33,823 nucleotides of DNA from Jimgerdemannia flammicorona (lineage: Eukaryota), in assembly GCA_003990765.1 (NCBI GenBank), contig RBNJ01000299.1:1-33823 (forward strand). The letters run 5' to 3'. A program made the position numbers and the translations under genes. Shown here in pieces: positions 1 through 10,299 of this stretch. A model generated the notes under the pieces. The model was not told the DNA's origin, made no database searches, and worked only from the letters and a program-made list of their open reading frames with translations. Every line of letters starts with the position of its first letter. The first letter of the stretch is position 1.

Positions 1-494
1 TCCTCCAGCCCTCCACTTCTACCTCGCAGTCCTCTTCCCCCATCAGTCCTATCCACCACATTATCACGCACCATATTGAAGTCACCCCCCAGACAGTCAA
101 TCCCAGCTTCCCCCAAGACCCCTGCCTTGCACAAGTCCTTGATCCAGCCTATGCGCTCCCCTCTCTCAGCTGGGCAATAGCATGACCCAACAGTCAAAGC
201 ATTCCAACCAGGCCTCCTCCACACTCCCCATACCAGCCTACTCCCCCAATGTCCATTGTCCCCAATGTCCCCCATCCCTTTTCTAACCAGGATGCCCACC
301 TGCCCCGTCCATATAGCCGCCCCACCCCATTCCCAAGTCCAGTCCAGTAGGTCCATGTCCGGCTCATACCGCACATCCTGCAATAGGAAGAGATCCGCCT
401 CCAGACCCTTCAACCAGCTAAAAATGTTTCTACGCCGTTTTGCCCCCCTTAGCCCATTGACGTTCAAAGAAAAGATTTTAGTTATACTGTTCAT
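1..494 (-). CDS. LINE ORF2 N-terminus, APE endonuclease domain (partial, open to the window edge)
   Basis: From ATG at 494 it reads MNSITKIFSLNVNGLRG...DLFLLQD...QVGILV...CYCP...LGGDFN with no stop to position 1. These match the NVNGL, Q(E/D), YxP and GDFN APE motifs. Confidence 0.93.
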   Translation of the reverse strand, partial: MNSITKIFSLNVNGLRGAKRRRNIFSWLKGLEADLFLLQDVRYEPDMDLLDWTWEWGGAAIWTGQVGILVRKGMGDIGDNGHWGSRLVWGVWRRPGWNALTVGSCYCPAERGERIGWIKDLCKAGVLGEAGIDCLGGDFNMVRDNVVDRTDGGRGLRGRSGGLE

Positions 495-524
495 ATTGAA
501 TAATGTTGGTAGGGATATCACAAT

Positions 525-2444
525 CTAGAACTCCATGCTCCTCCTGTCCCCCTCCAGATCCTGGCACCGCTCAGCCTCCAACTCATCCTCCATCACCTCC
601 TGTGCATCCAGTGCCTCCAAGATTTCCTGGCACTCTACTCCATCAACTACTTCGAATTCGGTCCGATACTCCCTGCACACTACTCCCCATTTCTCCAACC
701 CTTTCTTCAAGTTCCACAGGTAAGCTGCTCGGTCATTCGCAATCACTCGAAGTTCCTCCTCCTGCTGATCATCGACTTGATACTCCACCGACTCCAGGAG
801 CACCGCCAGAATTTCATTCCGGACCTTCATTGGCACCTCCTCACCACGCAGAATTTCCTCCCAGTGCCTATCACTCATAACCCGGAAGTCCTCACCCCCC
901 AGCTCCTCAGCTGCCACCCCTTCCAGAGTCTTCCACAGCCACTTCTCCTCCTCTACCACTGCCTTGGCACCCTGGGCACTCCCTTCCCCCCCAACCACTG
1001 GGTCCACCACTGCGATCCTCCTTCCCGACTCATCCCACTCCTCCTCCAGGACATCAAGAAGCTCCTCCTCACCTCCGACACCTCCCGGGACCCCGTACTG
1101 TGGCTGTACTTCTATGCTCATCTCAGCATCCTCCACCATGCCACCCTGCCCTTCTTCCCCATGAACCTCTTGGGCCACCCTTCGATCCACTCTGGGCTCC
1201 CCAGCCCAGTCACTTTCCCTCGATCCTACGCCACTTCCTCCCTCTCCACCTTCCACCACGCCTCCTCCCAATTTCTCCAGCAGCTCCTTCTGAATACGCC
1301 TCCCCTGCATCTTCTCCCAAGTTCCTCGATCCATCCTGATCTTCTTCCCTTCTACAATTTCCACCACCGTCCTGGCCTCATACTCCTTCCAAGCCAATCA
1401 TCTCCTCTTGACAGCTCCCATCAGATCCTCAAGAGCCTCCAGCAAATCCTCCTCTTCCTCCAGCGTCCCTTTCACCCGAGAGACCCTGCACTCCAGTGAT
1501 CCCCACTTCAATGTCACCGGCCAGTCCCTCGCCTTCCCCGTGTTCTCCCGACCAAACAAGCATACCCTTACATCAACGTCTCCAGTCCTAAGTTCCGTAC
1601 CCTCCCAGACTTTGAACCCGATATCGACGACATTCCCATACTCCTTCACCACCTCAACAATCAACTCCCTAGCCCTCTCCCGCGACACCGTAGGAAGATC
1701 CAGCACCGTCAACTGCACCACTCTCGGGTCCCAGTGTATGTACCTCGCCATAGGAACTACCACTCCACCCACCACTACCCCTTTCTCCATAGCCTCCAGC
1801 ATCGACACCTCTTCTTCAAACTCAACCTCAATCCCTTCCTTCCCCTTCATGAACTTGACCATAGCTGCCCCCTTCACCTCTTGCGCCACCAGCCCCAGGA
1901 TCATCCTCGCAGTCACTGCCAAGCCTCTGAAACACAATGTGACCGTGAATTCTGACCTCAACTTTTTGAGTAACGGTGCCGACACCATGCCTGTCACTCC
2001 ATCAGCCAGGTCCCCGGGCCTCGTGTCCTCCTTCCGTCCGGATCCGCCAACCACTGTCACATCTGGATTTTTTTCCAGATTCCCCATCACAGCCCCATCA
2101 GCAGTCACATCTCCAGCCCCTACTCCCCCTCCCCCCATACCGACTGAGGCTCCCATGGGGGATCCTCCCTGCCCTCCTTCTGAACCCGACATCACCTTCC
2201 CCAGTCCCAACCAACCATCCAGCCCTGTGGCCATCTTCCCCATCCTGACCTTGTTGGCAAATGTCACCCTCCCCCCACCTCTCTGCCTCAGTCCACCTCT
2301 CCCTCCACCTCCAGTGCCACTGCCCACCACAGATGGCCCTGGCATCCCCAAACCATCTCCTCGTTTCCTCCCAACCTGCTGCCAGTCGAAGGCCCGGCTG
2401 CCCCCCTGGCCGACCTGCCCACCAGTTTGCTCATTGCTCGCCAT
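525..2444 (-). pseudogene. LINE ORF1 (~639 codons) with a single in-frame TGA at 1398-1400
   Basis: ORFs 1398..2444 and 525..1397 abut in frame. Copy 2 reads through this position (ERRRLTWKKY vs KRR*LAWKEY). Gly-rich N-terminus, RRM-like middle, Glu-rich C-terminus. Confidence 0.85.
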
Positions 2445-2529
2445 GTTGATAGTAGCTTTTCACCAAAAACTTCGCAGAAAGTGTTGTCCAAATCTTGTGT
2501 CACCTGAATGTTACTGGTGAAAGGTGTAT

Positions 2530-3714
2530 GTTGTACACAATCCTTTCTCCACTACCTTACCAGTCACAGGGTTTGGTAGGTGACCTTCTGAGTCCCCTTT
2601 CCCCTAATATTACCCCCTCTACCTCAGGTTGGTTTGCTGTGCCTGCAGGGGCATAGTGGAAGGAGGGCAATGGTGATGAGTTGCCCCTTTATTAGTGTCA
2701 GATCAGTACTTCCTCCACTTTTTGCAGATTCTGGTACCTTCAGCTGCATCTGGGGTATACTCATTTTGGTGCAGTGCCTTCTTCCTTTTGCTGTCGCCAA
2801 CAAGGAGTTGTCTTGGTATGTCTCGGGCTACATAGAGAGTTGGCCGACCTTGGGCGTCAAGTGCTCAGTGTAGGTTACCTGCAGGTCCTCGGTGCCTATG
2901 GTGGGGCCCTCTGGCTTTGGTGAGCTTCCCGGTAAGCACAGTTCTGGCATAGGTGACTGTTTTTCTGGTGATGTTGGGATGGAAGGGAAGATGGCCATCA
3001 TAGATAGGAGGAAGGACGATTACAGTGAACCAGTAGGGTGCCAGGCTGGGGGTGGTCATCAGGGCTAGGGCAGGTACTACTTTGGTGGGGCCTTTTGATT
3101 GGTGCGGTGCAGTTAGGTAGTAGGTCTCACTCTCAGCTTCTTTTGGTGATTCGTGGAGTTGGGCCCCGGTCATCAGGGGGGGTCGGGGGGTCCAAGGCTA
3201 TCCATTTCAGATGTCTTGGCTGCACTCAACTGGAACCGGGAGCTGATATGGCAATGTGATCAAGGCCCGCAGGCTTGAGTAGTGGGGTATTGGGGGTTTC
3301 CTCCTGCCTCATGTGTAAGTCCTCTACTCATCTCGACTGAAAGAACCAGGCCCTACCCACCATATTGTACTTTGATGAGGGTTTTTTCTTTATCTGTCAT
3401 TCTCTTTGGGGTGGTAGGGGCTATTCTATTCAGCTCGGGCATGGTCTTGTACATATGTTGGGTTCTCAGGCATGTGCTTTCGGTTATTGGTATATGGCTG
3501 GGTTTCTCCTGGTAGTAGGGAGAGCATGGTGTGCAGAATGAGGTATGGGCTATTTTGCCCTGCTGCACCTGGTATGGTTGAGCTGCTGGACAATAGCTAG
3601 TTTAGGTTAATGGGGGGGCAGTGCTTGATGGGTGGTGGGGGAGGGTTTTGGCCTATATAGTCTAGGTTCCCTTCCAATAAAAATCCGCAGGACATAGAAT
3701 CTGTAAAACAAAAA
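2530..3714. other. Unassigned strand-skewed segment, probably a degenerate retroelement remnant
   Basis: Lies between the LINE 5' end and the truncated LTR. It is G/T-rich on the + strand and partly CpG-depleted, with no recognisable domain. Confidence 0.35.
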
Positions 3715-4328
3715 TGAAATGCATAACCTATGTGATGAGACAGATGAAATGTTCACAGATCTCATCTTCTTCAATTATGATGAGGATGAAGCCTCCATGG
3801 TTCTGAACATCCTACTTTAAAGTTCTTGGTGACATTGAATTCTGTCAGCATTCTTTTTCCATGTAACAGTTAATCCTTCTACTAGTATTCTGATCTTATG
3901 TGACTCAGAATTCTTTCAGCATCCTTTTTCTGTACTACTGAATTCTACCAGCACTCTGAACTTATGTAACCATCTGTACCAATACTGGAATCTGTACTGA
4001 CAACTGTAGTTTTCTGTATTTCAGTATTTTATTTGGTTATTGGAATTTATATTTAGCTTTATATCTTAGTAACTATTGAATTATATTTTATATAAATACC
4101 CCTCTTATTTCCTTTGAAATAAAGTCAGTTCCAGTTCACTTACTCTCAATTCCACACAAGCAATCTAAGAGATAATAAGACAATTTAAAGATAAGAAGTT
4201 TGAGGACTATAAGATCTTAGGAAGGCACTCCAATAAGAACTTGCTTATAACAAACTTGAGTTAGTCTAAGAGATATACTTTGAAGAGAATCTGACATATT
4301 TAAAGGACTCAGCAACCACTATGTGACA
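3715..4328 (+). repeat. 5' LTR (first ~70 bp missing)
   Basis: Gap-free match to 16576-17189 at about 90% identity. Ends ...GTGACA. TATAAATA at 4091 and AATAAA at 4118. Confidence 0.95.
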
Positions 4329-4331
4329 ACT

Positions 4332-4349
4332 TGGTGCCTATTGGCTGGT
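4332..4349 (+). promoter_or_regulatory. Putative primer binding site
   Basis: TGGTGCC... starts 3 nt after the terminal CA of the LTR. The priming tRNA was not identified. Confidence 0.65.
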
Positions 4350-4384
4350 AATTTAAGACAAATCCCTCACTTTCAAGCTGAAAA

Positions 4385-5250
4385 ATGAACAACTACCATA
4401 TCAACTACCCTGACTACAAGAGTCACCCCTGTAAGAATTCAAGATAAAATAGAAATACATCCCTCTACATTCTATAGATATACTACTGAAGAGTCAATCC
4501 TGACCTTCATTGAAGACTTTGAACAATTTGCTGCTATACAAGTTCTTAATATGGATGCACAATTGGCTCTTCTATTAGTCAGCCTCAGAGGACCTGCCAG
4601 AGACAAGTTCAATGTAGCCACCATTACTGATACTAGTGCAGCTAGACTTGTCAATATGAAGACCTTCCTCAGAACTACATACTATACCAAAGAGATCAAG
4701 CAAGCTCTCAAGGATCAACTCAATACTATCTGCCAGAGACTCAGTGAAGATCCCAACTCATTCTATATCTGAATCTGCCACCAGATTGTCTTGGCTGACT
4801 ATGATAACTACCTCAAGGAATAAATAGTGGATTCAATCTTTCTCAAAGAAGTTCACCCTGAAATTGCCCTAGCAATCTGGTCTACCCCAGCTGCACTGAT
4901 CTTTGATCAGAAAGTAGTCTTTGCACAGATATATTGGACTACCAGACACTCTGCTGAATACTCAATGGAGAAAATAACTAGCATCAAAATAGAGCCATCA
5001 AAGCCAACTAGTATTACATCCACCACAGTTGTAAATAGACAACCATCCCCACTTACCCCCAAGGCAACCAAAGGAGGAACTCATCAAGCAGTTTGCCAAA
5101 ATGACTGTATATCTTGGTAATGTTGTTAGAGAAGTCTGAAGTACCAACAGGAGATCAGTACAGAGATTTGCAGCTATTACAGAAGAATGCAATATCATAT
5201 ATTTCAGATATAGAGAAGAAGGCCACTATGCAAAAAGTTGCATAACTGAA
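4385..5250 (+). pseudogene. Gypsy gag with decayed CCHC knuckle
   Basis: PSTFYRYTTEESILTFIEDFEQFA...LLVSLRGPARDKF is capsid-like. YFRYREEGHYAKSC at 5200-5241 is CX2CX4HX4C with two Cys>Tyr changes. Boundaries approximate. Confidence 0.8.
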
Positions 5251-5819
5251 ATAAGATGTAAAGTCCAACCAAGTAATGCTACTAGAACTAGAGAAAAAAC
5301 TAATACAGTAGTCATCGAGGAGATTGGTGATACTGATAATGAAGAATACTATGAAGAGCCTAAATTCTACCCTGTTACTAAAGGTACCAGAACCTGGTCC
5401 AAGCCCTATAACAAGAAGAGCAATAGTAAGCCAGTTAGAAGACTGAAGAAGACTCCAGCTATTACTATCCAAAGCAAGACTCAATCTGAGGAGATTGATC
5501 AAGATATAGAGTTAGATGAAGCTGCCTACCAAATCATTGAAGGTACTACTCCAGTCTCAGAAAAAAGTGAAAGCAAGAAGAAACAGAAGCTGTGCAAGAT
5601 CAAGATCCACCAGTATGATATCTATAAGAACCTTAAGGAATAGAAGGTCAATGCTACTTTTGGACAACTAGCCAAAGTCCCTGCCTTCAGACAGTAGTTA
5701 AGAGTAGAACTTACAACCACTATTAAGAACCAAGAATACAAGATCATAGAAGCTCACAATGTACAAGAAGATGATCAAGAAGACTCAGATAAAGAATCTG
5801 AAGACCAGCACAAAACATC

Positions 5820-6170
5820 AGCCTATACCCCATATCAGATCAAAGATTGTATCTTTGATGCCATCATTGATACTGGTGCTGGAGAATACCTCATGAGTAA
5901 GAAGGCAATTGACTGCCTAGGCTGAGACATTGAAGAGTCTACCAGGATGGTCTATATCACAGAAGATAGTACACAAGCTACTCTCTTTGGCAAAATCCAA
6001 GAAGTCCCCATCAAGATAGAAGAAGCTACTATCCTAGTAGATGTAATTGTTACAAGCACCACCAACTATGACATTCTCATTAGCAACCAATGACTTCACA
6101 AGATCAAGACCATTATTGACCTCAATGCTCAGAAGATACAGATCAACTATAGAAGAAGAAAGGTACAAGT
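5820..6170 (+). pseudogene. Gypsy aspartic protease domain
   Basis: DAIIDTGAG, with DTGA at 5869-5880. Confidence 0.85.
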
Positions 6171-6534
6171 CTCTATCAATATCTACAAAGGAGTTCTACC
6201 AGATATGGAGAAAGGAGATGAAGAGGACACAGAAGTCTTCATGTACTCAGTGAACAAGAACAAGAATAAGACACCCTAGCTTACAGATGAGCAGTGGTAC
6301 AACAAGATCATCAATGGCTATGCCTCTCAAGAAAGATACCCCTATGATACTAGGATGTACTGCTCTGAACACCTGAATGACTGCTGGTTCTATATCAGTG
6401 AAGTCAGAAAAATCTGTCAACAGAAGCATGAGCAAGAAACTGCTGAAGTAAAAAGGAAAGCCAAAGAAGATAACCAGCCCCCAGAGCTTCAAGCTGATAG
6501 TGATGATGAGGAGGAACAAGAACCAGACATTACT

Positions 6535-6945
6535 CTCAAGGTCAAGAAGTTTTACCCTGAAGCCAAGATCCCAGAATACAAGACTGAAGGAGCTATAGAA
6601 ATAGACCTTGCCAGCATTCAAGATGCTATCCTCAAACCATAGACCACCACTCTACTTGGCACCAGAATTGGAGTCAAGTTGTCAGAGAACTATGCCAGAA
6701 TTATCAAGACCAGGAGCAGTCTGGCCAAAAGCAAAATCTCAGTTGAAGGAGAAGTAATTAATTCTGATTACACTGGTGAGATCTTCCTCATAGTCAGGAA
6801 TTACAACCCCACCACTCCATTTGAAGTCAAGAAGTATGACAGGATTGGCCAGATGCTGATCTATAAAATCAAGAAGCCCAAGATCATCAAAGCCATTGAA
6901 CTCATCAATACCAAGAGAGGAGAACAAGGCTTTAGATCTACTGGA
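6535..6945 (+). pseudogene. dUTPase domain within pol
   Basis: All five trimeric dUTPase motifs are recognisable: GAIEIDL, RSSLA, VINSDYTGE, DRIGQ, RGEQGFRSTG. One TAG at 6640-6642. Confidence 0.93.
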
Positions 6946-7059
6946 AGAGGAGCCTATACTGCTATCAAGATTATCAAACTTGAGCATAAAAAAGACAAGG
7001 ACTAGAACAAGTATATATATACCATTGGAGAAAACTTTCCTCTAAAAGAACAACTTCTC

Positions 7060-8250
7060 AAGATCCTATACCAGAATGAAGAAGTACTTGCTACGGACTT
7101 CAGGGATATCCACAATTAAGAACTCAAGTACTACCATAAAGTTGATACCAGCAATACCAAGCCCATCTACCAGAAAGCCAGACCTATACCACCTGCCTAC
7201 AGAGAATGGCTGTAAGCAGAACTCAAGAAAATGGAAGAAGCCAGAATCATCAAGCAAGCTATCAGTCTCTGGACTTCACCCATTATCCTTGTCTCAAAGA
7301 AAGGAAGCAAGCCTAGAGAGTTTGCCCCAAGACTCTGTATTGACTACAGGAAGCTCAATGCAATCACCAAGAAGGATAGGCAGCTCTTGCCAAATATTCA
7401 AGAAATCCTTACCACTCTTGGAAGTGAAGCCAAATACTACACCACCTTGAATCTGTTCTCAGACTTCCATCAGATTGATCTCACTCAAGATACCAGTGAG
7501 AAATCAGCCTTCATTACATCTAATGCCACCTATATCTACCTGTAAATACTATTTAGAATGTGTAATGCCCTAGTAAGTTTTCAGTGAATGATGAATAGAG
7601 TCTTCAGCAATGAGATCAGAAAATGGCTCGACACAGACTCCATGAATATTGAGGCTGTTGCAGCCTACCCAAGATCCAGAACAACTACAGAAGTCCATGC
7701 CTTCCTTGGACTGGCCTCCTACTACAGAAGATTCATCAAAAAATACTCTAACATTGCAGTACCTATCTACAAGCTACTGAAGAAGGAGACCAAATTTGAA
7801 TAGACCAAGAAATATCAAGAAACCTTCAATGAACTCAAGATCAGATTGACCCAAGCACTCATTCTCAGAAGACCAGATTGGAACCTAGAGTTTATCCTAC
7901 AGACAGATGCAAGTACTATAGGACTTAGAGCAGTCTTAGCTCAGATAAAAGATGGATATGAATATGTCATCTCCTATATAAACTGAGGTACCTGCAAAGT
8001 AGAACAGAACTATAAGTCATATAAGCTTGAATACTTAGCAGTAGTTTGGACAGTAGACAAGTTCCACTACTATCTAGCTGGGAAACACTTCACTATTCAA
8101 ACAGACCATTCTGCTCTTGCCTGACTATTCCACACTCTGAACCCCAAAGGAATATATGCCAGATAGATCTATAGGCTACAAGAGTATAACTGTACTGTCA
8201 AGCACCACTCAGAGAGAACCAATGCTAATGCTGATACACTCTCAAGAACA
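7060..8250 (+). pseudogene. Reverse transcriptase (YxDD core deleted) and RNase H
   Basis: RT motifs WTSPIILVSKK, RLCIDYRKLN and FLGLASYYRRFI. RNase H motifs FILQTDAS, LEYLAVVW, QTDHSAL and NANADTLSR. Confidence 0.93.
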
Positions 8251-8399
8251 CTCTGAAATATCTCCATTAAGACTATTCAACATAAATAAGAAGTTATATT
8301 ATAGATTAATCAGCCACCTCAGATAGTAGAAGATGCCCAACCACCTTGAACTCTGGACAATCACCATTATCAACTAGACTTGGAAACAGTTTGAACTAG

Positions 8400-9480
8400 A
8401 TAATACTATACTCAGAAAAGGAGAAAAGCTTGTAATACCCAAATACAAAAAGTATCAAGTAATGAAGGAAGTACATGAACTAGGACACCTAGGAGAAACC
8501 AATATATATGATAAGGTAAGAAAAACTATGTAGTGGCCTAAGATGGAAGAAGACCTGTGCCAATTTGTCAAAGGGTATGATAAGTACCAAAAACAGAAAC
8601 AATATCATCAAGACCAGACATCTGGGTCATCAAGAATTGAGCCTATCCCCTTCCATCATATCACAATAGATATCATTGGGCCACTACTAGTAACACTATC
8701 AGGAAACCACTATATTATAGTTATTGTAGATCTCTTTACCAAATGGATAAAAGCAAGAGCATTACAAGAAGCCAATGCCCTCTCTATAGCTGATTTCCTA
8801 CACTGAGAAATCATCTGCTGCTACAAGATACCAAAGCAAATCACTACAGACTGCAGCACAGAATTTGTCAATGGATTTCATAAGATAATATATCAGAAAT
8901 ACAAGATTCAGCATATCAAGACTACTGCATACCACCCTTAAGAAAATAGACAGACAGAGAGAACCAACAAGACCCTCAAGAATATTCTGGCAAAGATCTC
9001 AGACATATATAAGAATTGGGATAACTACTTCCCAACTGCTCTCTCTATCCTATAAGATATATGGTCACAGAGTATACACTTTACCCTAAGAGAACTGCTC
9101 TTTGGAGAAGAAGATTCCAATGGAACCTCAGCCACAAATCTAGACCTAACTTGGAGACAAGTTGACTCAGAAATCCAGAGACTATACCAAATCAGGAAGA
9201 AGGCTGAAGATTATATCATCAAGTTACAAGTGCTGATAAAAAAGAATACAGAAAAGAATTACGAGACCCTAGAACCCATCCAAATTGGAGAAAAGGTCCT
9301 ACTGTATCAAAATATAGTAGAAACCTCATGGTCATGAAAACTGGAGCCCAAATGGGAAGGACCCTTCTATGTACAAGATATTAAGTAACTACCTTCTGGC
9401 TTAGAAAACTCTCAGAGATCATACTGTCTACCATGGTATATAGAAATAGACTCAAAAAGTACTATGAACCTATACAAGAG
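8400..9480 (+). pseudogene. Integrase (HHCC, DDE and GPY/F regions)
   Basis: HELGHLG...YDKYQ (Cys>Tyr), IDIIGPL, VDLFTKW, TTDCSTEF, TTAYHP*ENRQTERTN, KLEPKWEGPF. Confidence 0.92.
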
Positions 9481-10125
9481 AAGCAAAACATGATGACTAC
9501 CCACAAGGTTCTAGTCTGCAAATTATAACAGCATGTCCCATGACCAGCAGGCAATCTGTCTGGACCATTCTCTAAGGGATATAGTACCAGTAACTACTTA
9601 TCTGTGAGACTTTCAAAGTCAGAAGAGTTCAAACCATCAACTGATTGATCAAGATCAGAATCAGGTCCTTACTCTATATGAAGGGAGCAACTCTTCACTA
9701 TCATGCCAAAATACATAAGTCCATAAATACCACTTTTCAACCCCCTGCCAGAGGTTATGAGATCAGCAAATTTTCAGAACTAGACTAATGAATAAGGATA
9801 TTCAAGAAGATCCTTATTCAGGAGAAAGATGTAACAGTGATCTCAGAATGATGACATTAGCATAAGAGACAGCCTTTCCTTGCAAGCCACTAGATCAGAG
9901 CACAAGAAGATTATATGGTATGACTCACCCAGGCTACAAGATAAGTAATAATGACTAACTATAAGTCATTGAGACCACAATACAGATATCTCAAGAAATA
10001 TAAAAGAAGGATCAAGGAACCACAGTAGCAGCAATCCAACAAGACCTACTAATCCCAAAATAGCTCAAAGACTTAGCACAAACAAAATGCCTACTACTCG
10101 CCAAACCTCAAGATCAAGGAACTAC

Positions 10126-10141
10126 CAAGACCTCTCAGCCC
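10126..10141 (+). repeat. Target-site duplication, left copy
   Basis: CAAGACCTCTCAGCCC versus CAAGGCCCCTCAGTCC at 15924-15939: 13/16 identical, and all mismatches are transitions. Confidence 0.85.
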
Positions 10142-10299
10142 TTTTTTTTTTTTTTTTTTATAGTCACTCAGACTTCTATTTATTACCACTCAATCTATAA
10201 ATAATAATACACATGTATCTACAACCCCTCAGCTAATATCCCTCAGATCTCTCTTTCCACTCTCTATCTCTCTCTGCTGAAGGACAAACTACCCACCTG

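Larger units (their letters stand above)
1..2528 (-). mobile_element. Non-LTR retrotransposon (LINE, L1/Tx1-like), copy 1; 5' part only, continues past the left window edge
   Basis: ORF1 is followed by an APE-type ORF2. The region is colinear with copy 2 (13.4-15.9 kb), and similarity ends at ~2523-2528 versus ~15915-15920. Confidence 0.92.

Noticed and set aside
1398..1400. Programmed readthrough or a three-ORF LINE organisation
   Set aside because: Copy 2 has a sense codon (AGA) at this position, so the TGA is most simply a point mutation.
1408..2520. 370-aa + strand ORF, and its counterpart at 14783..15640
   Set aside because: Antisense shadows of LINE ORF1. The C-rich strand is naturally poor in stop codons and the product is low-complexity Ser/Pro/Thr.
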